DNA of 64,000 nucleotides from an uncultured Verrucomicrobiae bacterium (lineage in GTDB: Bacteria; Verrucomicrobiota; Verrucomicrobiia; Chthoniobacterales; UBA10450), in contig CAWIBO010000002.1 of the NCBI GenBank assembly GCA_963834385.1, positions 992,001-1,056,000 on the forward strand, given 5' to 3'. Below are positions 1 through 9,379 of this stretch, piece after piece. The notes beneath the pieces are model-generated. The model was given only the letters and a program-made list of their open reading frames with translations. It had not been told where the DNA came from and did not search any database. The position numbers and the translations under genes were made by a program. The first letter of the stretch is position 1. Every line of letters starts with the position of its first letter.

Positions 1-1034
1 ACGCGCGGCCCGATCCGGTGCTGGTGGCGTTTCTGACCGGCGCGTGGCTCAGCGGCACACGCCTCCTGGCTGATAACAACCGACGCCGGGACCTGGCACT
101 CATTTTCTGGCTTTGCCTGGGGCTGGGCGCGCTGACCAAGGGGCCGCCCGCGCTGGTGCCGCTCGTTTATGTAGTCCTCGCGGCGCGCCTGCTCCATGGA
201 CGCTGGTCAATCCTGCGCCGGCTTCACGCGAGCTGGGGCGCTCCCCTGGCCCTGGGTCTTTTCCTGGCCTGGCTGGTTCCGCTCGCTTTTTTCCATCCCG
301 ACCACCTGCGCGACACCCTCTTCCGCGGACAAATTCTCGCGCCGCTTTTCGGCCTGGGAAAAACGTTTGGCAATCCCGACATCACCAGTGCCGGCCCGCT
401 CACCATCCTGCTCGATCTCTACAAGAACCCGCTTTGGTTCCTGCAGCGCTTCGTCCCCTGGTCGTTCGCGGCGATCGCGGGCGTGATCGTGCTGGTCCGC
501 CACGGCGGCCGGCGGCATCCGCTCGCCCCGGCGGCGCTCTGGCTCGCGGTGGTGCTTGGATTCTTCAGTCTGGTGGCCGACAAAACGGCCGATTACATCC
601 TCCCGGCCTATCCCGCGGCGGCGCTCCTCGCCGCCTGGTGGCTGACACGAATTCTGTCGCGGATCGGGCTGCCGCCAATCGCGCCGGTGCTGCTTGCGTT
701 CGCGTTAGTCTGCGGGTTCGCGGCCGAAACGGTCTGGTTCAGCTCGGCGGCGCGTGATCCCTTGGGCGAAAAGACAAAGGCGTTCGCCCGGGAAATCCGC
801 ACCGTCACGGGAGGCGGTAAGATTGTTTTCGTGCGGAGCGGTTATAACAACCTGCAGTTCCTGCTCGAAACCAACCAGGCGGGTGAGCCGACCGAAGCCC
901 TCCTGCGGGAGGCGCGCTGGTTGGTCGCTCCGCCGCAGAACGGGGCCACGCCAATTCTGCTTTCCCGGGAGCTGCCGGGAGTAGAGAAAAGCCGGGACAA
1001 CCCGGAGGGCCGGCTGGCGCTCTACCGGAGATAA
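1..1034 (+). CDS. ArnT/GT39-like membrane glycosyltransferase (5' truncated by window)
   Basis: Multi-TM protein with GALTKGP motif and K-x3-YILPAYPAAALL segment typical of ArnT-like GT-C enzymes. Confidence 0.75.
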   Translation, partial: ARPDPVLVAFLTGAWLSGTRLLADNNRRRDLALIFWLCLGLGALTKGPPALVPLVYVVLAARLLHGRWSILRRLHASWGAPLALGLFLAWLVPLAFFHPDHLRDTLFRGQILAPLFGLGKTFGNPDITSAGPLTILLDLYKNPLWFLQRFVPWSFAAIAGVIVLVRHGGRRHPLAPAALWLAVVLGFFSLVADKTADYILPAYPAAALLAAWWLTRILSRIGLPPIAPVLLAFALVCGFAAETVWFSSAARDPLGEKTKAFAREIRTVTGGGKIVFVRSGYNNLQFLLETNQAGEPTEALLREARWLVAPPQNGATPILLSRELPGVEKSRDNPEGRLALYRR

Positions 1035-1064
1035 CCCTCGGTCCAAGCCGCGGCTGCGGCCGGC

Positions 1065-1581
1065 CTATTTTTCGGGCCCGGCCGGGTGATAGAGCCCAAG
1101 GAAACTGGTGTTCCAGGTTTTCCCGCCGTCCGGCGAGATTTCCCAGTGCTGCTGCACGATGCCATCCGGCTGCGGCGTCCAGGTGATCCGATTGACAATC
1201 CTTTTCGGCTCCGCCGCCTTCCCCGGTAAGGATCATGGAATCGCCCTCGCGCCCGCCTTTCAGGCGCAGGGCGACGCCGTCGGCCCCCATCCAGTATTGA
1301 TGCCATTTTTCGGTGGCCGCGTCGTAGAAGTTGACGCTCAGGCCGCGCCCGCCCCGGGCGCTTTCCCACTGTTCGCGCAGGGCGCACCCGCTGGCCTGCC
1401 GGGTTATTTCATTCCGGCCAAGGACGTTGCCCTGCTGGTCTTTCACGGTCCAGCGCCCCAGCCAGAAATCGAACTGCCGGTATTCCGCGGCGGTGCAGGC
1501 GGCGGGCGGCGGCGCGGCGGGGGCAGGCGAAGGCGAGGGCGACGCCGCCAGGGCGAGAAGTCCCAGGAGCAATGTGTTCAT
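1065..1581 (-). CDS. Secreted hypothetical protein (DUF1579-like), one indel near 1200
   Basis: Signal peptide, then QFDFWLGRW...NFYD...WHQYW; continues in another frame as ITWTPQPDGIVQQHWEISPDGGKTW to TAG at 1065. Confidence 0.65.
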
Positions 1582-1654
1582 GGCCAAGGATAGGGCGGCC
1601 GGGCGCCGGCGGGCGAGACTGGAATGCGCCCGGGTCTGCCGTTAGTTTGCTCTT

Positions 1655-2462
1655 ATGCGCATGAGGGGATGGCTGGTTTTCCTGTTCCTGCCGGCGGCGC
1701 TCCAGGCGACGGAGATCACCAGCCGGCCCGACCTTGGCGCTCTCTTTAAAAAGGAGGGAGTGACCGGGACGTTTGTCCTGCTTCATCCCCGGGACGACAC
1801 GCGCCATCGTCTGGAACGAGACCCGGGCGAGCGAGCGTTTCGTGCCCGCTTCCACCTTCAAGATTGCCAATTCGTTGATCGGTCTGGAGGTGGGCGCCGT
1901 CCGCGACGTGGAGGAAGTTCTGCCCTATGGCGGCCGACCGCAGCGCCTGAAATCGTGGGAGAAGGACATGAACCTGCGCGCGGCGATCAAGGCCTCCAAC
2001 GTGCCCGTTTACCGGGAACTGGCGCGGCGCATCGGCCTGGAGCGCATGCGCGAGCAACTGCGCCGACTGGACTATGGCAACGGGGAGACAGGGGCGGTGG
2101 TCGACCAGTTCTGGCTGGAAGGCCCGCTGGCCATTTCCGCGCTGGAACAAACCCGTTTCCTCCGGCGACTGGGGCGCGGCGAACTTCCCCTGCGCCGGGA
2201 GACCATGGAAGCCGTCCGGGAGATCACGCTGCTCGAGCGCATCGGCGACGCGGCCCTGCACGGCAAGACCGGCTGGCATTGGCCAAGTGATGGGGGACAA
2301 CAAATCGGCTGGTGGGTTGGCTGGGTGGAACGGGAGGGCCGCATCCATGCCTTCGCCCTCAATCTCGACATCGCCTCGGAGCGCGATGCCGCCCGCCGGT
2401 TGCCCCTCGGCCGCGCCTGCCTGGCCGCGCTCGACATCCTCCCGCTCCCCGGGAGCGATTGA
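1655..2462 (+). CDS. Class D (OXA-type) beta-lactamase, one indel near 1795
   Basis: Signal peptide in ORF 1655; PASTFK, SNV, YGN, FWLEGPL, KTG and GWWVGW motifs in ORF 1773-2462. Confidence 0.85.
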
Positions 2463-2541
2463 CTCCGGGACGTCCGCCCGGGGCGCGCCGTGCGTTTTTG
2501 GCAATGACCGCCGGTCCTCACGTGCCCGGCCGGTCGTCATT

Positions 2542-3630
2542 ATGAAAGTGCCCTGGCGTTCCAAGCTTCTCTGGTCATTGCTTCTCGTGGTCGTCGCGCT
2601 CATCATCGCGCGCGCCCTCCTCCCGTTCTGGGTGCGCGATTATGTGAACCGGAAATTGGACGAGCTGCCGGATTACGACGGCCGGATCCGGGAGGTCGAC
2701 ATTCATCTCTGGCGCGGCGCCTACAGCATCCACGGCATCGACATCGTCAAAACGTCGGGCGACGTTCCGGTCCCCTTCTTTTCCGGGCCCGCGGTCGATC
2801 TCTCGGTGGAATGGAAGGCTCTCTGGCACGGCGCCTTCGTCGGCGAAATTCATTTCGAGAAACCGAAGCTCAATTTCGTCAAGGGCCGCAGCGAGGCCAC
2901 CTCCCAGGTCGGCCTCGACCAGCCCTGGACGGAAAAGATCCGCGAACTTTTCCCGCTCAAGATCAACCGGGCCACGGTCTCGGGCGGCGAGATCCATTAT
3001 CGCGACTACGGCAAATCTCCCGACATCGACGTGGTGATCGACAACGTCCGGATGGTGGCGACGAACCTGACCAACAGCCGCGATCTGTCGGAGACCCTGG
3101 CAGCCGAGCTGGAGATCGCCGGGCGTCCTTTGCGCCAGGGCGAAGTGGAAGCGAAGGCCAAAATCGATCCCTACGCGGAAAAACCGACCTTTGACCTGCA
3201 GCTCGAGATGGAAAAAATTCCGCTGACCGAGTTCAACCGCTTTGCCAAGGCTTATGCCGGGATCACCTTCGAGGCCGGCACCCTCGCCCTTGCCACCGAG
3301 ATGCGTTCGCGCAACGGCCGTTTCACCGGCTACGTCGAGCCGGTCTTCGACAAGATGGCCATCTTCGACCCGACGGAGGACACGGAAAACCCGATCGACT
3401 TCATCTGGCAGGGCATCGTCGGCGGGATCACCCGGATCATTCGCAATCATCCACGCGACCGGTTCGGGACCAAGGTGCCAATCTCCGGCAATTTCGATAA
3501 TCCGGCCCCGGCGGTCCTGGAAACGGTCTTCAACGTTTTCCGGAACGCGTTTGTGCGGGCTTTCGAGGGGAAACTCGAGAGCGATCCTGACCTGCCGAAG
3601 CTGGAGGCCGGCAAGGAAAAGGAGAAGTAG
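2542..3630 (+). CDS. DUF748/AsmA-like protein
   Basis: N-terminal TM anchor (LLVVVALIIARALLP) followed by beta-rich periplasmic domain; ATG at 2542. Confidence 0.7.
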   Translation: MKVPWRSKLLWSLLLVVVALIIARALLPFWVRDYVNRKLDELPDYDGRIREVDIHLWRGAYSIHGIDIVKTSGDVPVPFFSGPAVDLSVEWKALWHGAFVGEIHFEKPKLNFVKGRSEATSQVGLDQPWTEKIRELFPLKINRATVSGGEIHYRDYGKSPDIDVVIDNVRMVATNLTNSRDLSETLAAELEIAGRPLRQGEVEAKAKIDPYAEKPTFDLQLEMEKIPLTEFNRFAKAYAGITFEAGTLALATEMRSRNGRFTGYVEPVFDKMAIFDPTEDTENPIDFIWQGIVGGITRIIRNHPRDRFGTKVPISGNFDNPAPAVLETVFNVFRNAFVRAFEGKLESDPDLPKLEAGKEKEK

Positions 3631-3713
3631 GTTCAGCGACGCCCGGAAAAAGAAGAAGGCGGCGGCGCGTCGCGGCCTTGCTCCCACTGCCGGCACACGG
3701 CAACCTCTCCCGC

Positions 3714-4709
3714 GTGATTATCTTCCACCGCCCCGGCGAAAAAGGAATCGAGCTGACCGAGCTGGGGCAATGTCCCGCCCTGTGCGAAGGGGCCGTCTGG
3801 ATCGACGTCTGCGAACCAACGCGCGAGGAGGAACGCGACCTCGAGGCGACCCTCGGGCTGAATGTGCCCACGCGGGAAGAGATGCAGGCAATCGAACTCT
3901 CGAGCCGCCTCTACCGGGAGGGCGACATCCTTTACATGACCGGCACCGTGCTGACGAAGGCGCACGTGGAACGGCCGCAGAGCACCGCCATCACCTTCAT
4001 TCTCATGCGCGACCGCCTTGTCACCCTGCGCTACGAATCGCCCCTCTCCTTCCAGGCGTTCCGTGCCCGGCGCGATGCCCATCCGGAGCGCTATCTCACG
4101 GCGAACGACAACCTGGTCGGGTTGATCGACGCGGTGGTGGAGCGGGTGGCGGACATCCTGGAGAATGTCGGCGTGAGCCTGGACCGGATCTCGGAGGAGA
4201 TCTTCGAGGCCAACCGGAAGAGCGGCATCCCGGGGAAAGTCGGCCCGATTGATTTCGTGGCGATCCTGCGGCGGATCGGATTAAACAGCGACCTGGTCTC
4301 GCGCGTGCGCGAGAGCATGGTCAGTTTCACCCGCCTGATGACGTTCTTCCGGGAGGCCCAAAAGGAGGGCCAGGGCGGAACCGCCCGGGAATCGCTGGCC
4401 CACCTGAAAACCGTGGTGGCCGACCTGAGTTCCCTGAGCGATCACGCCACCTTTCTTGCCGGGAAAGTCGGCTTTCTGCTCGATGCCACCCTGGGGCTGA
4501 TCAACAACGAGCAGAACCGCATCATCAAGATTGTCTCGCTGGCCGCGGTCATTTTCCTGCCGCCCACGCTCGTGGCCAGTGTTTATGGGATGAACTTCGC
4601 TCACATGCCGGAGCTGGCCTGGGCCGCAGGCTATCCCTTTGCTCTCCTTCTCATGGTCATCTCCGCGGTCCTGCCCTATTTGTTTTTCAAAAGGAAGGGC
4701 TGGCTCTGA
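3714..4709 (+). CDS. corA: CorA-family magnesium transporter
   Basis: C-terminal PPTLVASVYGMNF..MPEL signature, two TM helices, FKRKGWL end; start approximate. Confidence 0.92.
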   Translation: MIIFHRPGEKGIELTELGQCPALCEGAVWIDVCEPTREEERDLEATLGLNVPTREEMQAIELSSRLYREGDILYMTGTVLTKAHVERPQSTAITFILMRDRLVTLRYESPLSFQAFRARRDAHPERYLTANDNLVGLIDAVVERVADILENVGVSLDRISEEIFEANRKSGIPGKVGPIDFVAILRRIGLNSDLVSRVRESMVSFTRLMTFFREAQKEGQGGTARESLAHLKTVVADLSSLSDHATFLAGKVGFLLDATLGLINNEQNRIIKIVSLAAVIFLPPTLVASVYGMNFAHMPELAWAAGYPFALLLMVISAVLPYLFFKRKGWL

Positions 4710-4750
4710 TTCCGGCAACCGGCAGACCCGCTCGCACCGAAGAGTAACGA

Positions 4751-6544
4751 ATGACTTTCGAGATCGGCCTGCTTTTCTTTTTTGTCCTGGTCGCGCTCAC
4801 CCTGTTTGCCACGGAATGGGTCGAGGCGGACGTGACCGCGCTCGGTCTCCTGATCGCCATGGTGCTGACGGGACTGCTCCCGCCCGACCGCGCCTTTGCC
4901 GGCTTTGGAAGCGACACCGTGATCATGATTCTCGGCCTGCTTATTCTGACGGCGGCCCTCATGCGTACGGGGGTGATGGATTTGGTGGGCCGCTTCATTG
5001 TGCGCCATACCGGTGAGTCGCCCGGCCGCCTGCAACCGGTGGTGATGACCTCGGCGGCCGGCCTGAGCGCCTTTATGAGCAACACGGCGGCGACGGCGTT
5101 CTTCGTCCCGGTCATCTTTGGCATTGCCCGGCGCGCGCGCATCAGCCCCTCCAAGCTGCTGATGCCGCTCGCCTTTGCCACCATCATGGCCGGCACAATC
5201 ACGCTCATCGGCACCTCCACCAACGTGGTCGTGAGCGGCATGATGACGCAATACAATCTGCCGCCCATGGGAATGTTCGAGCTGGCGCCGGTGGGCCTCC
5301 CCATCACTCTTCTCGGCCTGGCCTACATGATGACGCTCGGAAGGCGCCTCATCCCCGACCGGTTCAGCAGCGAGGAAGTGGAAGGTGGCGCGCGCCAGTT
5401 GCGCGACTACCTGAGCGAAGTCGTCGTTCTACCGAAGAGCAAACTGATCGGCCAGACCATCGCCGAGTCTGGCTTTGGACGCGACCTCGACCTGACAGTG
5501 CTCAAGATCACGCGCGACAAGACGCGTTCCATCCCGCCCCGGGCTGACACCATCCTGAAGGAGGGCGATGTCGTCCTTGTCCAGGGCAGCACGGACGAGA
5601 TTCTCAAGATCAAGGACACCGCGGGGATCGACATCAAAGCGGACGTCGAGCTGGCCGATCCGCATCTCGAGGACAAGGACACCGGCATGGTGGAAATGAT
5701 CATTCTTCCCGCCTCGCCCTTGATCCACAGCACGCTGCGGAACCAGCGATTCCGCGAGCGCTACGGTCTGCAGGTGCTCGGGGTCAACCGCCACGGGCAG
5801 CGGCTAAGCCGGCGCCTGAGCACCGAGCCGCTCCAGCTCGGTGACGTTCTCCTGGTGCAGGGACCCAAGGCGCGGCTCCAGGAAACGGCGAGCGACCCCA
5901 GTTTCCGCATCCTGGGCGATCTCTCCTCTTCGCGGCCGAACACGAGCCGGGCGCCCCTCGCCATCGGCATCTTCGTTTTCATCCTTGGCCTGGCCACCTT
6001 CGAGGTCCTCTCGTTGCCGGTCGCGGTCATGCTCGGCGCGCTCCTTGTCTTCGTGACCCGCTGCATCACCCCGGAGGAGGCCTACCGCGACCTCGAATGG
6101 AAGGCGATCATCCTGATCGGGAGCATGCTCGGCCTCGGGGTGGCCATGGAACAAACCGGCGCAGCCCAGTATCTCTCCAGCCTGATCATCGACGCGGGCG
6201 GCATCTCCCACCCGCTGGTTCTGCTCGGCGGTTTCTTTGTCATCACCGTGATCCTGACCCAGCCGATGTCGAACCAGGCCGCGGCCATTGTCATCCTCCC
6301 GATTGCCTTGCAGACCGCCTACCAGTTGCAGCTCAATCCCCGGCCTTTTGCCATGATGATCGCGCTGGCGGCGAGCTGTTCCTTTATCACCCCGCTCGAG
6401 CCCTCCTGCATCCTGGTCTATGGCGCCGGGCGCTACCGTTTCGCCGACTTTTTGCGCGTGGGCAGCGTGCTCACGGTCCTGATTTTTATCCTCGCGCTTC
6501 TTCTCGTCCCGCTGGTCTGGCCGCTCCAGCCAGCCGCGCCCTAG
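4751..6544 (+). CDS. SLC13/CitMHS-family permease with two TrkA-C domains
   Basis: SAFMSNTA and QPMSNQAA motifs, TLIGTSTN, central TrkA-C (RCK-C) repeats. Confidence 0.88.
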   Translation: MTFEIGLLFFFVLVALTLFATEWVEADVTALGLLIAMVLTGLLPPDRAFAGFGSDTVIMILGLLILTAALMRTGVMDLVGRFIVRHTGESPGRLQPVVMTSAAGLSAFMSNTAATAFFVPVIFGIARRARISPSKLLMPLAFATIMAGTITLIGTSTNVVVSGMMTQYNLPPMGMFELAPVGLPITLLGLAYMMTLGRRLIPDRFSSEEVEGGARQLRDYLSEVVVLPKSKLIGQTIAESGFGRDLDLTVLKITRDKTRSIPPRADTILKEGDVVLVQGSTDEILKIKDTAGIDIKADVELADPHLEDKDTGMVEMIILPASPLIHSTLRNQRFRERYGLQVLGVNRHGQRLSRRLSTEPLQLGDVLLVQGPKARLQETASDPSFRILGDLSSSRPNTSRAPLAIGIFVFILGLATFEVLSLPVAVMLGALLVFVTRCITPEEAYRDLEWKAIILIGSMLGLGVAMEQTGAAQYLSSLIIDAGGISHPLVLLGGFFVITVILTQPMSNQAAAIVILPIALQTAYQLQLNPRPFAMMIALAASCSFITPLEPSCILVYGAGRYRFADFLRVGSVLTVLIFILALLLVPLVWPLQPAAP

Positions 6545-8823
6545 GCCGAGGCCGGTTCCGGCGCGCCCATGACTTTCTCCAGCGCGGTGCGCAGTTCTTC
6601 CCAGCCGACCGGTTTGGTCAGGTGCCGGGAAAAGCCGGCGGCAAGGCTGGCGTTGATGTCCTCGCGCATGCCGTAGCCGCTCAGCGCAATCGCCGGCACC
6701 GGGCGTCGCGCGGTCAGTTCGCGCAAGAGTTCATGCCCGCTGCCGTCAGGGAGCCCAAGATCGCTGATGACCAGGTCGATCTCCCCGTCAAAGAGCCGGC
6801 GGGCTTCGGCCCCGGAGGAGGCGGAGAGCACGGTATGCCCGGCACGTTGCAGCAGGCGCCGGAGCTGGGCGGCGGTGTCTTCGTGATCTTCCACCAGGAG
6901 GATGCGCAGCGGAGGCATGGCCGGGTCCGGGCCCGCCGGTCCCACCGGAAGAACCGGCGCCGTGGCGGGTGCTCGGACGGTTTGCAAACGAATCGTCATC
7001 CGGGTCCCTTTGCCCGTCCCCTCGCTCGTCGCGACCAGGGTGCCGCCATGAAGATCGACCAGCGCCCGGCTGATGGCGAGGCCCAGCCCGAGCCCGCCGA
7101 AGGTGCGCGCACGCGACTCTTCGCCCTGCTCAAAAGCGTTAAAAATTCGCGAGATAAACTCAGGGCGAATCCCGATCCCGGTGTCAGCCACTTCCACCAC
7201 GAGATCGGGAGGGGTTCCGCCCGGGCCGGCGGCCGGGCGGGAAACAGCGTCCGGTTCATTGAAGACCCGCACCGTCACCGAGCCAGACTCCGGGGTGAAT
7301 TTGCAGGCGTTCTGCATCAGGTTCCAGAAGACCTGGGTCATGCGTGAACTGTCGGCAAGGATGTGCGTCTCGGTCGCATCGATCCGGAGGGAGAGCGCGA
7401 GCTTTTTCCGGGCCGCATGGTCGCCGCAATAATGTTGCAGGGCGTGTTCCAGGAGCGGCCGGACATCGACCACCTGCCGGTTCAACTCGACCTTGCCGCG
7501 CGCGATGCCGGTTACATCGAGCAGATCGTCGATCAGGCGCGCCTCCACCTCGATGTTTCGCCGGATGACGTCGATTTCCCGCCGCACCACCTCCGGGACG
7601 CGGTTGTCGTTCTCGAGCAGGCTCACCGTGGCCAGCACCGGGGTCAGCGGCGTCCGCAGTTCGTGGCTGAGCACGGCCAGGAAATTGTCCTTGGAACGAT
7701 TGGCCGCCTCCGCCGCCTCCTTCGCCGTGTTCAGTTCCTCCTCGGCTTTCTTGGCCTTGGTCACGTCCATGTTGACGCCGCTCATCCGGACCGGGCGACC
7801 GGTTTCGTCACGGAAGACACGCCCGCGTGAAGCCATGTGGCGAACCTCGCCGGCCGCGTCGATCACCCGGAAGGTGACATCGATGTCGCCCCGTTTCTGC
7901 AGGATGGCGCGGGTGCGCCGCTCGAGGTCCTCGCGGTCGTCCGGATGAATAAAGCTCTTCCAGGTCTCGGGCCGGCCATCGAACTGTTCCCGGGTCCGTC
8001 CGAAGAGCGGATACATGTAATCGTCCCAGGTGATGCGACCGGTCACAAGGTTCCAGTCCCATGTCCCGGTCTGCGACCCTTCCAGGGCGAGGCGGAGCCG
8101 CTCCTCACTGGCCGTGACCGCCGCGTCCCGTTCGCCGATCGCCGTCAGCATTTGGTTCAGCGCATCGGTCAGCTGTCCGATCTCGTCCTCGCCGTATTTG
8201 GTCGCGCGCACGGAGTAATCCTGCCGGGCGGAGACCGCGCTGGCCACGCGGGCCAGTTCAAGGATGGGATGGGAAATGCGGCGCTGCAGGGTGGCGGAGA
8301 GGATGATGGTGGCGACGGCCGAGCCCGCGGCCGAGATGAGGAGGAGCAGGCCATAGACGCTGATCCGGGTGAACATCGCGCCCAGGTCAGCCTCGAGGTA
8401 GATCGTCCCCAGTTGTTTTCCTTCGAGCAGAATCGCCTCTGAAAGCAGGAGCCGGTCCTGCTCGAAGACGTGGTCGCGCTCGGGCGGTTCCGCCGGGAAG
8501 TTCGCCCGGGTCAGCCCGGCGGGAAACTGCGCGAAGAGATTCCCCTGCGCATCGTAAATCGCGGCGGCGCGCACCTGGTCCTCCGCGGCCAGGGCCGAGA
8601 GCACCTCCTGCGCATCGCGCGGTTCGCGGAAGGCGAGGGCGGCCGTGCTGTTCGAGCCGATGATCTCGGCCAGAACACCCATGTTCTTCACCAGGGTGCG
8701 GCGAAAGGTGACCAACTCGTAGGTAATCAGCGCGCTGCCCATGAGGAGAAGCGCGAAGCTGCTCGTCAGGAGAATGACGAGCAGCAGCTTGCGCCGAAGC
8801 GGCAGATCCCGGAGGGCGATCAT
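6541..8823 (-). CDS. Hybrid sensor histidine kinase (periplasmic sensor-HAMP-PAS-HisKA-HATPase-REC)
   Basis: Two TMs, DEIGQL HAMP, GTWDWN PAS, SHELRTPL H-box, NACKFT, DTGIGI, GGLGLGL, C-terminal LLVEDH...SDLGLPD receiver. Confidence 0.93.
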   Translation of the reverse strand: MIALRDLPLRRKLLLVILLTSSFALLLMGSALITYELVTFRRTLVKNMGVLAEIIGSNSTAALAFREPRDAQEVLSALAAEDQVRAAAIYDAQGNLFAQFPAGLTRANFPAEPPERDHVFEQDRLLLSEAILLEGKQLGTIYLEADLGAMFTRISVYGLLLLISAAGSAVATIILSATLQRRISHPILELARVASAVSARQDYSVRATKYGEDEIGQLTDALNQMLTAIGERDAAVTASEERLRLALEGSQTGTWDWNLVTGRITWDDYMYPLFGRTREQFDGRPETWKSFIHPDDREDLERRTRAILQKRGDIDVTFRVIDAAGEVRHMASRGRVFRDETGRPVRMSGVNMDVTKAKKAEEELNTAKEAAEAANRSKDNFLAVLSHELRTPLTPVLATVSLLENDNRVPEVVRREIDVIRRNIEVEARLIDDLLDVTGIARGKVELNRQVVDVRPLLEHALQHYCGDHAARKKLALSLRIDATETHILADSSRMTQVFWNLMQNACKFTPESGSVTVRVFNEPDAVSRPAAGPGGTPPDLVVEVADTGIGIRPEFISRIFNAFEQGEESRARTFGGLGLGLAISRALVDLHGGTLVATSEGTGKGTRMTIRLQTVRAPATAPVLPVGPAGPDPAMPPLRILLVEDHEDTAAQLRRLLQRAGHTVLSASSGAEARRLFDGEIDLVISDLGLPDGSGHELLRELTARRPVPAIALSGYGMREDINASLAAGFSRHLTKPVGWEELRTALEKVMGAPEPASA

Positions 8824-8826
8824 CCC

Positions 8827-9379
8827 CTAACGTCGGAATTCGGCGACACGAAGCAACTTCGCACTGACTTCCACGCCCGGCCGCCCGCAAACTCTCCTGG
8901 CTCAGGCTCAGCCGGACACGGTTGCGGTCGGTCGTCAGCGCAATCATGCCGCCCCGCGCGATGAAGTCGTCCGCTTCACCGACGGTGACCACGTTACGCC
9001 CGGCCGTGGCCGCGATGATCTGGTCGAGCCGGCTGGTTTCGCGGCGGGGCACATAAAGCAGATGACACGGCCCGATGTCGCGCGCCGCCCGGTAATGTTC
9101 CACCCGCACGGGGCGGCCGCGCAGGACTTCACCCCTCACCGTTTCCAGCAATAGCGAGCCGAAGGGATCGTCGCCGATGATCCCGATGACCAGCGCGTCG
9201 CCCGACGAGGAGAAGGCCGTCCGCGGCCATTCGATGAAACGGAGGAAATTGTAGACAAAGACGGCTTTGACCGCGTATTCGGCCTCGCCGGGGGGCGGAG
9301 CCGGGCTGGCCGGAAGCGGGCTCGCCCAGGCCGCCAGCCCGAGGAAAGCGAGAAGCAGCGACCTTCTCAGAATTGCCAT
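8827..9379 (-). CDS. yfiR: YfiR (DUF4154) family periplasmic protein, one indel near 8880
   Basis: EYAVKAVFVYNFLRFIEWP, IGIIGDDPFG, VVTVGE..F...GGMI; corrected C-terminus VSAKLLRVA ends at TAG 8827. Confidence 0.85.
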
